This document shows, in pieces, positions 19,810 through 30,680 of a stretch of DNA of 64,000 nt. A program made the position numbers and the translations under genes. The notes beneath the pieces are model-generated. The model did not search any database, had not been told where the DNA came from, and saw only the letters and a list, made by a program, of their open reading frames with translations. Source of the DNA: Neorhizobium sp. UBA3556 (GTDB taxonomy: Bacteria; Pseudomonadota; Alphaproteobacteria; Rhizobiales; Rhizobiaceae); the NCBI GenBank assembly GCA_002376235.1, contig DFNX01000006.1, positions 235,020 to 299,019 of the forward strand, given 5' to 3'. Each line of letters opens with the position of its first letter. Positions within the stretch are counted from its first letter, which is position 1.

Positions 19810-20604
19810 ATGAAATTTGTCGATCGTCGCTGGATCAATAAGGCGGTGACAGCGGCCGCATTTGCCTTTGTCGTAGTCGGATCGGCCGTAGCGCCGGCCG
19901 CCGCACAGGAAAAAGTGACAGTTTTCGCTGCCGCCAGCATGAAGAACGCGCTCGATGCGGCCAATAAGGCTTGGAGCGCTGAAGCGGGCAAGGAAGTGAC
20001 CGCTTCCTACGCGGCAAGCTCGGCGCTTGCCAAGCAGATCGAGGCCGGCGCACCGGCGGACATCTTCATCTCGGCTGATCTCGACTGGATGAAATACGTC
20101 TCCGACAAGAAGCTGGTGAAGGAAGACACCAAGTCCAACTGGCTTGGCAACCGCATCGTGCTGGTCGCACCGAAGGAAAATGCCAAGCCAGTCGATATCA
20201 AGCAGGGCTTTGATCTCGCTGGTCTTCTCGCTGGGGGCAAGCTTGCCATGGGCGCACCGGACAGTGTTCCGGCCGGCAAATACGGCAAGGCTGCACTCGA
20301 AAAGCTCGACACCTGGGCGTCGGTCGAAAAGAGCGTTGCGGGTGCTGAAAGTGTGCGTGCCGCGCTTGCACTCGTCTCTCGCGGTGAAGCGCCTTACGGC
20401 ATCGTCTATGCGACCGATGCAGCTGCCGATCCGGGCGTTGCCGTCGTCGGCACCTTCCCGGAAGAAAGCCATGCGCCGATCATCTACCCGATCGCCATCC
20501 TGTCGGAATCCAAGGCTCCTGATGCGAGCGCCTATCTCGAATATCTGAAGTCCGCCAAGGCCGCACCCTTCTTCGAGAAGGAAGGTTTTACGGTTCTGAA
20601 GTAA
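19810..20604 (+). CDS. modA: Molybdate ABC transporter substrate-binding protein
   Basis: VFAAASM, ASSALAKQIEAGAPADIFISA, VPAGKY, GIVYATDA. Confidence 0.96.
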   Translation: MKFVDRRWINKAVTAAAFAFVVVGSAVAPAAAQEKVTVFAAASMKNALDAANKAWSAEAGKEVTASYAASSALAKQIEAGAPADIFISADLDWMKYVSDKKLVKEDTKSNWLGNRIVLVAPKENAKPVDIKQGFDLAGLLAGGKLAMGAPDSVPAGKYGKAALEKLDTWASVEKSVAGAESVRAALALVSRGEAPYGIVYATDAAADPGVAVVGTFPEESHAPIIYPIAILSESKAPDASAYLEYLKSAKAAPFFEKEGFTVLK

Positions 20605-20655
20605 CCTTTCGGGCAATACGGATAGACGGCCCCCGCTTAAGCGGAGGCCGTTTTC

Positions 20656-21372
20656 ATGCGGAGTGAATCGTTGGATTGGCTGATATTGAGCGATGAGGAA
20701 TGGGTGGCGATCAGGCTCAGTCTCTGGGTTTCCGGCATTGCCATGATCGTCAGCCTGCCTTTCGGCATCGTCACCGCTTACCTGCTGGCGAGAGGAAAAT
20801 TCTGGGGCAAATCGATCCTCAACGGCATCGTCCACCTGCCGTTGATCCTGCCGCCGGTCGTCACCGGTTTCATTCTGCTCGTGCTTTTAGGTCGCCGCGG
20901 CGTCATCGGCTCCTTTCTCAACGAATATCTCGGCATCGTCTTGTCCTTCCGCTGGACCGGGGCTGCACTCGCCTGCGGCGTGATGGGCTTTCCGTTGATG
21001 GTGCGCTCAATCCGCCTGTCGATCGAATCCGTTGATCGCAAGCTGGAGGAGGCCGCCGGCACGCTCGGGGCGAGCCCGGCCTGGGTCTTTCTCACCGTTA
21101 CCCTGCCGCTGATCCTGCCCGGTATTATCGCAGGCATGATCCTCGCCTTTGCCAAGGCGATGGGCGAGTTCGGAGCAACGATCACCTTCGTCTCCAACAT
21201 TCCGGGTGAGACGCAGACACTATCGGCCGCCATCTACACCTTCACCCAGGTGCCCGGCGGCGATCTCGGAGCGATGCGCCTCACCATTGTCGCGATCGCC
21301 ATTTCCTTTGCCGCATTGCTCGCCTCGGAACTGCTGGCCCATGTCGTCGGAAAAAGGGTGAGCCCGCAATGA
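20656..21372 (+). CDS. modB: Molybdate ABC transporter permease
   Basis: [22 protein letters not shown]. Confidence 0.96.
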   Translation: MRSESLDWLILSDEEWVAIRLSLWVSGIAMIVSLPFGIVTAYLLARGKFWGKSILNGIVHLPLILPPVVTGFILLVLLGRRGVIGSFLNEYLGIVLSFRWTGAALACGVMGFPLMVRSIRLSIESVDRKLEEAAGTLGASPAWVFLTVTLPLILPGIIAGMILAFAKAMGEFGATITFVSNIPGETQTLSAAIYTFTQVPGGDLGAMRLTIVAIAISFAALLASELLAHVVGKRVSPQ

Positions 21373-22430
21373 CCCTTCTCGTCGAAGCAAAACAGAAACT
21401 CGGCGCCTTTTCGCTCGATGCCGGCTTTTCGTCCGAAGGTGGCGTCACCGCGCTCTTTGGCCGTTCGGGTTCCGGCAAGACGTCGATGGTCCGGATCATT
21501 GCGGGACTGGCGAAACCCGATCACGGGCGTCTGGAGATCGATGGCGAAGTGCTGGTGGATACGCAAAAGCGCATCTTCGTGCCGAAGCACAGGCGGCGCT
21601 TTGGTTATGTCTTTCAGGAAGGTCGGCTTTTCCCGCATCTCTCGGTTCGCCAGAACCTCACCTACGGGCGCTGGTTCGCGCCTAAGACTGCGCAGTTAGC
21701 CGAGTTCGACCGCATCATCGATATGCTAGGCATCGATGCGCTGCTGGATCGCCGCCCCGGCGGCTTGTCCGGCGGGGAAAAGCAGCGCGTGGCAATCGGC
21801 CGTGCCCTCCTCTCGGCACCGCGCCTGCTCTTGATGGATGAGCCGCTCGCCGCGCTTGATGAGGCCCGCAAGGCCGAAATACTTCCCTATCTGCAACGGC
21901 TGCGTGACGAGATGGCCACGCCGATCGTTTATGTCAGCCATTCTGTCGCGGAAGTTGCGCAGCTTGCCGACAAGGTTGTGATGATGGCGGCGGGCCGGGT
22001 CGAGGCGACCGGCACGCCCTCCGAAATCCTGTCGCTACCCTCCGCTGACCGGCGCGAAGCGGGCGCGGTTCTATCCGGCATTGTTCAGAGGGTGGATCCT
22101 GCGCACGGGATTTCCACGGTCGGCCTGTCTGCGGCGGTCATGACCGTGCCGAGCGCCCGGCTCGTCGCAGGCCAGAGTGTGCGCGTGCATATTCCCGAAC
22201 GGGATGTGATGGTCGCGACGATCCATCCACAAGGCCTGAGCGCGCTCAACATCATCGAGGGTCTCGTATCCGCAATCGAACCCGACAGGGAAGGGATGGC
22301 ACGTATTCACATCCGTTCTGGCGATGACATCGTGCTCGCCCGCATCACCATGCTTTCCGTCGAACGGCTGGAACTTGCCATTGGCAAGCCCGTCTTCGCG
22401 GTGATCAAAACGGTGGCCTTGGAGCGTTAG
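21369..22430 (+). CDS. modC: Molybdate ABC transporter ATP-binding protein
   Basis: [24 protein letters not shown]-terminal TOBE/Mop domain. Confidence 0.96.
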   Translation: MTLLVEAKQKLGAFSLDAGFSSEGGVTALFGRSGSGKTSMVRIIAGLAKPDHGRLEIDGEVLVDTQKRIFVPKHRRRFGYVFQEGRLFPHLSVRQNLTYGRWFAPKTAQLAEFDRIIDMLGIDALLDRRPGGLSGGEKQRVAIGRALLSAPRLLLMDEPLAALDEARKAEILPYLQRLRDEMATPIVYVSHSVAEVAQLADKVVMMAAGRVEATGTPSEILSLPSADRREAGAVLSGIVQRVDPAHGISTVGLSAAVMTVPSARLVAGQSVRVHIPERDVMVATIHPQGLSALNIIEGLVSAIEPDREGMARIHIRSGDDIVLARITMLSVERLELAIGKPVFAVIKTVALER

Positions 22431-22556
22431 CAAACGCGAGCGCATTTTGACGACAAACTGTCAGCAATTGCCTTTCCTGCTCGCCAAAGGATTGACCAAC
22501 GTCAGATCGCAGTCAATCTATAGGCGCAATACTGCTTCGGCTCGGGAGGACGATGC

Positions 22557-23618
22557 ATGCCTATCTTATCCGAAAGCCGAAAGAAAAACCGCGTCACGCT
22601 GCTTGATGTCGCCCGTTATGCAAGCGTCTCGCGCGCCACTGCATCGCTGGTCATCCGCAAGAGCCCGCTGGTCAGTACCGAGACCCGCGCCAAGGTCGAG
22701 GCGGCGATGAAGGAGCTCGGCTATGTCTACAATATGGGGGCCGCGCGCTTAAGGGCCGACCGAAGCCTGACGATCGGCGTGGTGATCCCCAACCTCGTCA
22801 ATCCGTTTTTCACTGAGTTACTGGCAGGGATCGATCGGATCATCGATGCGGCCGGAATGGTGGTGATTCTGGTCAATAGCCGCGATCTCGTCACCCGTCA
22901 GGAAACGTTGCTGACACGCATGCGGGAGCACGGCGTCGATGGCATCATTCTCTGCCCTGCGGCAGAAACGGAAATGTTGCTGGTCGAGCGGATGGTGGAG
23001 TGGGAATTGCCTCTCGTCCAGGTTTTGCGCCGTGTTTCGGACGACTGCGATTATGCCGGTGTCGACTATGCGTTGGGGATGCGCCAGGCGGTCGACCATC
23101 TGGCCGATCTGGGACATCGTGATATCGCCTTTGCCCTGCATGGTCCGGTTCATTCGGCTTATCAGGAGCGGGTCGATGGCTTTCGAGATGCAATGGACGC
23201 GCGCGGGCTGGATCCCGGCAACATCATTCGCGTCCCGAACCATATTGCGGAAATTGCCGAAGCGGCCCCTCTCTTCGTCTCCGGCTCGCGCCGGTCAAGC
23301 GCTGTTGTCTGCTTCAATGATGTCGTTGCCCTTGGTCTTTCCGCAGGGTTCTACGATATCGGCATGACGGTCGGCCGCGACTTCTCCCTGGTCGGCTTCG
23401 ACGATGTTGCGGATGCCGAGGCGATGCGCCCACGTCTCACATCCGTTGCCACGTTCCCGGAAGCCATCGGCGAGGGCGCCGCCAAGCTGCTTCTGGACCG
23501 TCTGGACAAGCCGGATCTGGCGCCTCGCAAACTTGTGAATGCGCCGCAGCTGCACATTCGTCAATCAAGTGCCTTTTGGCAGGGGGGCGTTGGCGGTCGA
23601 GCCCAAAATGCGGGTTGA
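22557..23618 (+). CDS. LacI-family transcriptional regulator
   Basis: TLLDVARYASVSRATAS HTH, VGFDD sugar-binding domain. Confidence 0.95.
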   Translation: MPILSESRKKNRVTLLDVARYASVSRATASLVIRKSPLVSTETRAKVEAAMKELGYVYNMGAARLRADRSLTIGVVIPNLVNPFFTELLAGIDRIIDAAGMVVILVNSRDLVTRQETLLTRMREHGVDGIILCPAAETEMLLVERMVEWELPLVQVLRRVSDDCDYAGVDYALGMRQAVDHLADLGHRDIAFALHGPVHSAYQERVDGFRDAMDARGLDPGNIIRVPNHIAEIAEAAPLFVSGSRRSSAVVCFNDVVALGLSAGFYDIGMTVGRDFSLVGFDDVADAEAMRPRLTSVATFPEAIGEGAAKLLLDRLDKPDLAPRKLVNAPQLHIRQSSAFWQGGVGGRAQNAG

Positions 23619-23636
23619 CGTTGTCGGACAACCGAA

Positions 23637-23650
23637 TTAGATCGATCTAA
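23637..23650. promoter_or_regulatory. LacI-type operator
   Basis: Perfect palindrome TTAGATCGATCTAA with central CG, just downstream of a TTGACG -35-like hexamer (23615-23620), between the lacI-family gene and the ABC operon. Confidence 0.75.
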
Positions 23651-23691
23651 ATTGTCGCATGGAGGTGCGACTTACGAGCGCGGAGGAGCCC

Positions 23692-24360
23692 TTGTACACT
23701 TTCAATTTCGAGCCTGTATTGGCAGGTTTTGACAAGCTCCTGATCGGCGCATGGGTGACGGTGCAGCTGTCCTGCGCGGCGATGCTGATCGGCCTGATCG
23801 TGTCGATCCTCTGTGCCGCCGGCAAGACCTCGCGGGTCGCGCCGCTGCGCTGGGTGATCGATGCCTATATCGAGATCATCCGCAACACACCTTTCCTGGT
23901 GCAGATCTTCTTCATCTTCTTCGGCCTTCCGGCGCTTGGCATCAGACTGTCGCCGAACAGCGCCGCATTGGTCGCCCTGGTGGTGAATTTCGGCGCCTAT
24001 GGCACGGAAATCATCCGCGCCGGCATCGAATCGATCCAGAAGGGTCAGGTCGAGGCCGGTACCGCGCTCGGCCTCTCCAAGCTGCAGATCTTCCGCTACA
24101 TCATCATGAAACCGGCGCTCAGGACCGTCTATCCGGCGCTCACCAGCCAGTTCATCTATCTGATGCTGACCTCAAGCGTGGTCTCCGCCATCTCGGCCGA
24201 CGATCTGGCGGCTGCTGGCAACGATCTGCAGTCTGCGACCTTCGCCAGCTTCGAGGTCTATATCGTCATCACGGCCATGTATCTCATCATGTCGATCGGG
24301 TTCTCCGCGATCTTCTCGCTGATCGAGAGGGCTGCATTCCGATATCCGTTGAGCCGCTGA
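23692..24360 (+). CDS. Polar amino-acid-type ABC transporter permease
   Basis: RNTPFLVQ, EIIRAGIESI..GQ.EA; TTG start after GGAGGA. Confidence 0.9.
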   Translation: MYTFNFEPVLAGFDKLLIGAWVTVQLSCAAMLIGLIVSILCAAGKTSRVAPLRWVIDAYIEIIRNTPFLVQIFFIFFGLPALGIRLSPNSAALVALVVNFGAYGTEIIRAGIESIQKGQVEAGTALGLSKLQIFRYIIMKPALRTVYPALTSQFIYLMLTSSVVSAISADDLAAAGNDLQSATFASFEVYIVITAMYLIMSIGFSAIFSLIERAAFRYPLSR

Positions 24361-24373
24361 GGAGGGCCGGATC

Positions 24374-25033
24374 ATGCTTATCAGACCTTTTGGCATCAAC
24401 GAATTCTGGATCATCGTCATGGCGGCGCAGTGGACGATTGCGCTCTCCGCAATCGCCTTTGCCGGCGGCGGTGTCGGTGGCCTGCTGATCGCCCTTGCAC
24501 GCGTCTCGGATGCGAAATTGCCACGCTTGCTCGCTACCGGTTTCATTCGTGTCTTCCAGGGGACGCCGCTTTTGATGCAGCTCTTCCTGGTGTTCTTCGG
24601 CATGAACATTTTGGGGTTTGCCATCAACCCGTGGATCGCGGCGGCTGTCGCCCTGACCCTGCACGCCAGTGCGTTTCTGGGTGAGATCTGGCGCGGCTGC
24701 ATCGAGGCGATCCCGCCCGGCCAGCGTGAGGCAGCAACCGCGCTCGGCCTGCGCTACGTCAACCGCATGCGTTACATCATCCTGCCGCAGGCAAGCCGCA
24801 TCGCGGTCGCGCCGACCGTCGGCTTCCTGGTGCAGTTGATCAAGGGCACCTCGCTTGCCGCGATCATCGGCTTTACCGAACTCACGCGTCAGGGCCAGAT
24901 CATCAACAATGCGACATTCAGCCCGTTCATGGTGTTCGGCACCGTGGCTGCAGTCTATTTCGTTCTGTGCTGGCCGCTTTCGCTGCTTGCACGTCGCATG
25001 GAAGTGAAGTTTTCCCGGTCGACAACGCGTTGA
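24374..25033 (+). CDS. Polar amino-acid-type ABC transporter permease
   Basis: QGTPLLMQ, GQREAA, IKGTSL. Confidence 0.92.
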   Translation: MLIRPFGINEFWIIVMAAQWTIALSAIAFAGGGVGGLLIALARVSDAKLPRLLATGFIRVFQGTPLLMQLFLVFFGMNILGFAINPWIAAAVALTLHASAFLGEIWRGCIEAIPPGQREAATALGLRYVNRMRYIILPQASRIAVAPTVGFLVQLIKGTSLAAIIGFTELTRQGQIINNATFSPFMVFGTVAAVYFVLCWPLSLLARRMEVKFSRSTTR

Positions 25034-25083
25034 CCGGTCCTTTACCGGCGGGAGGATGCCGGTGGACAAGAAAGGGTAGGAAC

Positions 25084-25881
25084 ATGAATATTTCGAGACG
25101 CATGGCAATGGCCGGTATCAGTGCCGCACTGGTGATCGGGGCAACCGCTTCATTCGCATCGGCACAGACGGTCGAAACGATCAAGCAGGCCGGCACTGTC
25201 AAGATCGGCATGATGGTAGATTTCCCGCCATTCGGCATCATGAACACGTCGAACGAACCGGACGGTTACGACGCCGATGTCGCCAAGTTGCTCGGCGCTG
25301 AATGGGGCGTAAAGGTCCAGATCGTTCCGGTCACCGGCCCGAACCGCATTCCCTATCTGCAGAGCAATCAGGTCGATCTGCTCGTGGCCTCGCTCGGCAT
25401 TACCGAGGAACGCGCCAAGAATGTCGACTTCTCGCAGCCCTATGCCGGCATCTCTATTGGCGTGTTCGGCTCCTCCGACACCAAGGTTTCCACCCCGGAA
25501 GACCTGTCGGGCAAGACGATCGGCGTCGCCCGCGCATCGACCCAGGACACAGCCGTCACCAAGGTCGCTCCGAAGGACGCCAAGATCCAGCGTTTCGATG
25601 ACGATGCCAGCGCCGTGCAGGCTCTGCTCTCCGGCCAGGTCGAGCTGATCGGCGTTTCCAACGTCGTCGCCACCCAGATCGAACAGGCAGCTCCGGGCCG
25701 CTTCGATCAGAAACTGCAGCTCAGCCAGCAGGTTCAGGGCATCGCCGTTCGCAAAGGCTCGGCCGAGTTGCTGACCGCCGTCAACGCCTTCGTCGAGAAG
25801 GCCAAGGCCGATGGCGAATTGAACAAGATCCACGAAAAGTGGCTCGGTTCGCCGCTGCCGGATTTCGTCGCCAAGAAGTAA
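25084..25881 (+). CDS. Polar amino-acid-type ABC transporter substrate-binding protein
   Basis: Signal peptide, DFPPFG, GYDADVA, ITEERAKNVDFSQPY (SBP family 3). Confidence 0.92.
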   Translation: MNISRRMAMAGISAALVIGATASFASAQTVETIKQAGTVKIGMMVDFPPFGIMNTSNEPDGYDADVAKLLGAEWGVKVQIVPVTGPNRIPYLQSNQVDLLVASLGITEERAKNVDFSQPYAGISIGVFGSSDTKVSTPEDLSGKTIGVARASTQDTAVTKVAPKDAKIQRFDDDASAVQALLSGQVELIGVSNVVATQIEQAAPGRFDQKLQLSQQVQGIAVRKGSAELLTAVNAFVEKAKADGELNKIHEKWLGSPLPDFVAKK

Positions 25882-25905
25882 TCGAGACGTGAAGGAGTTC
25901 CTCGC

Positions 25906-26685
25906 ATGACCGAGGCAAAAGCGAACGCAGCAGCAGTGGCCGTGCGCGGGACTTCCGATCTCGCCGTGCATATAGAAGGCGTCAACAAGTGGTATGGCGC
26001 CTTCCACGCCCTCAATAACGTCAATCTCGAAGTGACCCGCGGCGAGCGTATCGTCATCTGCGGCCCGTCCGGTTCCGGCAAGTCGACGCTCATCCGCTGC
26101 ATCAACCAGCTGGAAGTCATCCAGCAGGGCCGCATTGTCGTCGATGGCCACGACCTGACCGCCGGTGGCAAGAATGTCGATCTGGTGCGCCAGGAAACCG
26201 GCATGGTGTTCCAGAGCTTCAACCTGTTCCCGCACATGACCGTTCTGGAAAACTGCACGCTCGCGCCGATGAAGGTGCGCGGCATTTCAAAGGCCGAAGC
26301 CGAAAAGACGGCCCGTCGCTTCCTTGAGCGCGTGCGCATTCCCGAGCAGGCCGAGAAATACCCTGCGCAGCTCTCCGGTGGCCAGCAGCAGCGCGTCGCG
26401 ATCGCCCGCGCACTCTGCATGAACCCGAAGATCATGCTGTTCGACGAGCCGACCTCCGCGCTTGACCCGGAAATGGTCAAGGAGGTCCTTGATACGATGA
26501 TCGACCTTGCCAAGGAAGGCATGACCATGCTCTGCGTAACCCACGAGATGGGATTCGCGCGTCAGGTGGCCGACCGGGTGATCTTCATGGATCGCGGTGA
26601 AATTCTGGAAATGGGCCCGCCGGATACGTTCTTTGACAATCCGAAGAACGAGCGTCTGAAGAACTTCCTCGGCCAGATCTCCTGA
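25906..26685 (+). CDS. Polar amino-acid-type ABC transporter ATP-binding protein
   Basis: [34 protein letters not shown]. Confidence 0.95.
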   Translation: MTEAKANAAAVAVRGTSDLAVHIEGVNKWYGAFHALNNVNLEVTRGERIVICGPSGSGKSTLIRCINQLEVIQQGRIVVDGHDLTAGGKNVDLVRQETGMVFQSFNLFPHMTVLENCTLAPMKVRGISKAEAEKTARRFLERVRIPEQAEKYPAQLSGGQQQRVAIARALCMNPKIMLFDEPTSALDPEMVKEVLDTMIDLAKEGMTMLCVTHEMGFARQVADRVIFMDRGEILEMGPPDTFFDNPKNERLKNFLGQIS

Positions 26686-26709
26686 TCCAAGCTTAACAAG
26701 GATATATAG

Positions 26710-27645
26710 ATGAAACCGGACCTCCTGCTTCTCGAGCCGATGATGAAGCCGATCGAGGAGAAGCTCGACGCGCTCTACACCGTCCATCGCGCCTTTGACG
26801 CAAGCCAGAAACAGGCGATCGAAGAAGCCCTGCCGAGCATTCGTGCGGCGGCCACCGGCGGTGGCGGCGGTATTTCCAACGAATGGATCGAAAAACTGCC
26901 GAACCTCGGCGTCGTTGCCGTCAACGGTGTCGGCACCGACAAGATCGACCTGAAATTCGCCCGCGAACGCAATATCGATGTCGCCACCACGCTCGGCGTG
27001 TTGACGGATGATGTTGCCGATGTCGGCATCGCACTCATCCTCGCCACTCTGCGCCAGGTCGTCGCCGGAGATACCTATGTCCGTAGCGGCAACTGGAAGA
27101 AGGGCGGTTTCCCGCTTGCGACCAGCCCCAAGGACAAGCGCCTAGGCATTCTCGGTCTCGGCCAGATCGGCAAGGCCGTCGGCCGCAAGGCGGAAGCCTT
27201 CGGCATGGAGGTTCGCTACTGGAACCGCTCTCCGGTCAAGGACACGAGCTGGAAGGCTTGCGCCACACCCATTGACCTTGCAAAGGACAGCGACGTGCTC
27301 TGCGTCGTGATCTCCGCCAATGCAGAGACCTTCAATATAGTCAACGCCGAAATGCTCGAAGCGCTTGGCCCCAAGGGTTATCTCATCAATATTGCCCGCG
27401 GCACGGTCGTCGACGAAGACGCACTGCTGGCCGCGCTCACGTCCGGCAAGATCGCCGGCGCTGGCCTTGATGTGTTCGTCAACGAGCCGAACATCCGCGA
27501 AGAGTTCTTTACCGCGCCGAATACCGTGCTTCTTCCGCATGTCGGCAGTGCGACGGTCGAAACCCGTCTGGGCATGGGCGAAATGGTCCTGAAAAACCTT
27601 GCCGCCTATTTTGCCGGCGAAAAGCCGCCGACTACGGTCAACTGA
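26710..27645 (+). CDS. D-isomer-specific 2-hydroxyacid dehydrogenase (keto-acid reductase-like)
   Basis: GLGQIG Rossmann motif, NIARG, LDVF..EP, PHVGSAT. Confidence 0.93.
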   Translation: MKPDLLLLEPMMKPIEEKLDALYTVHRAFDASQKQAIEEALPSIRAAATGGGGGISNEWIEKLPNLGVVAVNGVGTDKIDLKFARERNIDVATTLGVLTDDVADVGIALILATLRQVVAGDTYVRSGNWKKGGFPLATSPKDKRLGILGLGQIGKAVGRKAEAFGMEVRYWNRSPVKDTSWKACATPIDLAKDSDVLCVVISANAETFNIVNAEMLEALGPKGYLINIARGTVVDEDALLAALTSGKIAGAGLDVFVNEPNIREEFFTAPNTVLLPHVGSATVETRLGMGEMVLKNLAAYFAGEKPPTTVN

Positions 27646-27657
27646 GGACAGCCAGCC

Positions 27658-27978
27658 ATGATCATCCGTCAGGCCTTTTTCGAAGGCTCGATCCATGCCG
27701 GCAAGGAAAACAGCTTCAAGGCTTACGTTGCAGAAAAGCTGATGCCGATGTGGCTGGCTTTTCCCGGCATCAGTGAGGTCAAGGTTCTCTACGCAGTCGA
27801 GCGGGACGAGGGCGCGCAATCTTTTCCGATGGTGCTCTGGACTGCCTATGACAGCCGCGACGCGCTTGCCGCTGCCTTGGACTCTCCTGTCCGTTACGAG
27901 AGCCGTGAGATGACCAAAGGCCTGCTGGAGATGTTCGACGGGCATATCCACCACCACGTCTTCGATCTCGCTCTCTGA
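27658..27978 (+). CDS. Small EthD-like / dimeric alpha-beta barrel protein
   Basis: 106 aa with RBS, operonic; pattern 'MPMW..FPG...YDSRDALAAALDSP.R' resembles EthD-type proteins. Confidence 0.65.
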   Translation: MIIRQAFFEGSIHAGKENSFKAYVAEKLMPMWLAFPGISEVKVLYAVERDEGAQSFPMVLWTAYDSRDALAAALDSPVRYESREMTKGLLEMFDGHIHHHVFDLAL

Positions 27979-27990
27979 TCATGACATTAT

Positions 27991-28027
27991 AGTCCCTCGC
28001 TCATCTACGATCAGCGAGGGACTTTCT
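27991..28027. terminator. Intrinsic terminator between convergent genes
   Basis: AGTCCCTCGCT...AGCGAGGGACT stem followed by TTCT. Confidence 0.7.
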
Positions 28028-28057
28028 GCCCTGCAGTCCCATTGCAATAATGGACAA

Positions 28058-29293
28058 TCAAACGTCTTCGGTCGCGTAAGCCTCCAACAGGCGCGACGTG
28101 CCCATTCGCAGAGCGTCGTTGGCCTGCAGGATATCGGCAAGGCCGGCCTGAACGATATCCTGAAACGCTTCCAGATCCATGATGAGATCGTTCACCACGG
28201 CGACACTGAGGCGACCGGATTCCACTTTTCCCATGATGCGGATCGCAGCCAGGCCGGAAGCCAGTCGCTTCATCTCGGAGACCATCTCGAAGAAACTCTT
28301 CAGTTCCTGTTCGATCCCGGTCAGGCTCTTTAATGCCTCGGTCTGGTAGGTTGATTGCTGCTGGTCGAGATAGTTTTTCTCTGTCGCATGGTCCACGCCC
28401 TCTATGGGCACCTCTTCCCTGAAACTGCTGGCGATTTCCTGCTGGACATAGGAGGTGGCAAGCAGAAACGCTCCCACATTGATGGTGTGGGATACTTTGA
28501 GAGCGGCCTCCAGAAACCCCTCGAGACCTCGCTCTATCTCCTCGGACAATGTGTTGTAGTTCGTTGAGATGGTAGCGATCGCGGCACCGGTCTCGCCGAT
28601 CTGGCCAGCATGAACGAGCAGATTGAGCGGAACGAACCTGTAGGTCAGATAGCCTTCGGATATCTGGCGCGCCGCCGCCAGCAGCCGTGCCGCCGCCGGC
28701 ATCAACCGTTCATAGAGCGCCAATGTTTGCCGAGGCGGTTTCTTCAGGCTTTCGTTGCGACCGGAAAACTCTGCGGCCAGGCTCGCCGCCATGAAGGCAT
28801 CGTAGCTTTCAAAACCGAGCGCGGCCAAGCGTGCCATCAGCCGCGCCGCGCTATCCGCCGGCGGCAATTTCTCCTCCGCTTCTATCCGTGCCAGCGATGC
28901 ATATTCGGCCTGAACGACGCCGAATATTGCGCTGCTGGGCTTGATGCGGACGGAAAGAAAGCCGCCTTCGCACGGCGTTATGATTGCGTAGACCCAATAA
29001 TAACGCCCGTCCTTACTCTTGTTCTTGACATAGGCGCCTGTCTGCAAGCCCTTTTTCAGGCGATCCCAAAGCAGCCAGAAGACGGCACGCGGCACTTCTT
29101 CGTGCCGGATGATGTTGTGAGGTTTTCCTGCGAGTTCGCTCCAGGAATATCCGCTGATGCGTTGGAAGACCTCATTGCCCGCCTGAATTTTGCCGCGTGT
29201 GTCGGTCCGGGAGAAGAATATCTCCGGAAAGCCGAAAGGAATTTCTATTTCGCGATATAAATATGATTGTTCGGATGTCTCTGAATAATCCAT
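28058..29293 (-). CDS. Soluble protein with Aer-type PAS domain and helical C-terminus
   Basis: SRTD..G.I..N..F..ISGYS..EL.GKPHNIIRH..P..LW..VKNKSKDGRYYWVYA is the Aer FAD-binding PAS pattern; no TM segment. Confidence 0.85.
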   Translation of the reverse strand: MDYSETSEQSYLYREIEIPFGFPEIFFSRTDTRGKIQAGNEVFQRISGYSWSELAGKPHNIIRHEEVPRAVFWLLWDRLKKGLQTGAYVKNKSKDGRYYWVYAIITPCEGGFLSVRIKPSSAIFGVVQAEYASLARIEAEEKLPPADSAARLMARLAALGFESYDAFMAASLAAEFSGRNESLKKPPRQTLALYERLMPAAARLLAAARQISEGYLTYRFVPLNLLVHAGQIGETGAAIATISTNYNTLSEEIERGLEGFLEAALKVSHTINVGAFLLATSYVQQEIASSFREEVPIEGVDHATEKNYLDQQQSTYQTEALKSLTGIEQELKSFFEMVSEMKRLASGLAAIRIMGKVESGRLSVAVVNDLIMDLEAFQDIVQAGLADILQANDALRMGTSRLLEAYATEDV

Positions 29294-29476
29294 GAGTTAA
29301 ACTTTCGCTGCAAGAAAAAATCCCCCCTTCTCTATGGAGCGTTTCTTGCACCGAAAAATTCTACTGTCATGCCTGTTTTTGGGCGAAGCTGATGAACGTC
29401 AAGTCTGCGACAATATCTCAAAATTTAATGATCGGAAGTGGGCTTAACCGGTATGCCGTCGGTGAACTGGAAGAGA

Positions 29477-30391
29477 TCAAGACCCGGTTGATGCGGTTGC
29501 AATAGCTTCGTCGGCATAGGCGTGAAAATGCTGCAGGAGTTTTTGAGCGTAGAGCGGAAGTTGCGTTTCGTTTCTCACGCAGACGTAAAGTTCACGCTCC
29601 GCCCATCCTTCCGCGATTTCCAACGTACGAAAACGCATGTCGCGGGCGTATCGCCTTGCCGCGCTTTCCGGCACGATCCCCAGCCCTGCACCGCATTCGA
29701 CGATACGGCACAGGGATTCGAAATTTTCCACACGGATGCGGATATTCGCGCGCCTGCCAAGTTCATTCGCCAGCCGTCGCAGGAATTGTGAGAGAGCCAC
29801 AGTCGCATTGAGCGAGATAAGCGGATGATCCAGGACGCGCGCATAGGTAACCGGTCCTTCGAGGGAGGCGTCTTCCGGAACGATCAGCACAAGCCGATCC
29901 GGCACGAAGCGCCAGCGTTCGAGACCGGTCATGTCCGCCGAAGATGCAACAATACCGATATCAGCTTCGCCGTTTCTGAGCAGATTGACCACTTCGAGGC
30001 TTGGTCTGTCCTTCACGGTAACGAATATATCCGGGTTCTGCCGCAGGAATGATCCGAGAAGTTGCGGCATGTGTTCGGACAGCATGTTGGTGTTGGATAG
30101 AAGGCGAATTGTACCGCCGCGCCCCTCCGAGAATGCTTCGAGTTCAACCTCGAGCTTGCGGGTATCATCAAGAACTTTGCGCGCATGGCCGACCAGAATG
30201 TCGCCTGCGAGCGTCGGCCTGATGCCGCGTCCGGTTCGCTCCACAAGCGGAAGCCCGAAAGTCTCTTCCATTTTCCGCAACCGCGCACTGACCGCCGCCA
30301 CCACGATATTGTTCTGCAAGGCCGCTGCGGTCAGGCTTCCGCCCTCGACGGCCGAAAGAAATATCCGGAGATCTGTGAGGTCGAATTTCAT
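29477..30391 (-). CDS. LysR-family transcriptional regulator
   Basis: DLTDLRIF...GSLTAAA HTH; divergent from the dehydrogenase operon. Confidence 0.95.
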   Translation of the reverse strand: MKFDLTDLRIFLSAVEGGSLTAAALQNNIVVAAVSARLRKMEETFGLPLVERTGRGIRPTLAGDILVGHARKVLDDTRKLEVELEAFSEGRGGTIRLLSNTNMLSEHMPQLLGSFLRQNPDIFVTVKDRPSLEVVNLLRNGEADIGIVASSADMTGLERWRFVPDRLVLIVPEDASLEGPVTYARVLDHPLISLNATVALSQFLRRLANELGRRANIRIRVENFESLCRIVECGAGLGIVPESAARRYARDMRFRTLEIAEGWAERELYVCVRNETQLPLYAQKLLQHFHAYADEAIATASTGS

Positions 30392-30680
30392 CAGCTCAAG
30401 CTTTCACAATTGGTGAAGGCTGTTTGTACGACAAACTGACTACACAAGCCATCTTTTGCGGCGCTATGACACAAATCAAGTTGCTCCGCGACACATCGAC
30501 ACGCCGCAGGTTTAATCCTGAACCCGTAAATCAAGCTTTTTGTTCAAGAATTGCTTCGGAACGAGTGGCATTTTCGCGATGTGCCAGCTCGGTTCGCGGC
30601 GATGAAGATCGGCCCTGCGTGTGGGAGGCACGTCTGGAATCGATATCGATTGTTCATGCTTGATGAAAGCACGGGGATAT

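Noticed and set aside
19810..22430. modABC as part of the CO-oxidation system
   Set aside because: The CODH here is the Ni,Fe type and needs no molybdenum; unrelated genes intervene.
22492..22505. FNR/FixK box upstream of the LacI gene (TTGAC-CAAC-GTCAG)
   Set aside because: Three mismatches to TTGAT-N4-ATCAA; may simply be a -35 element.
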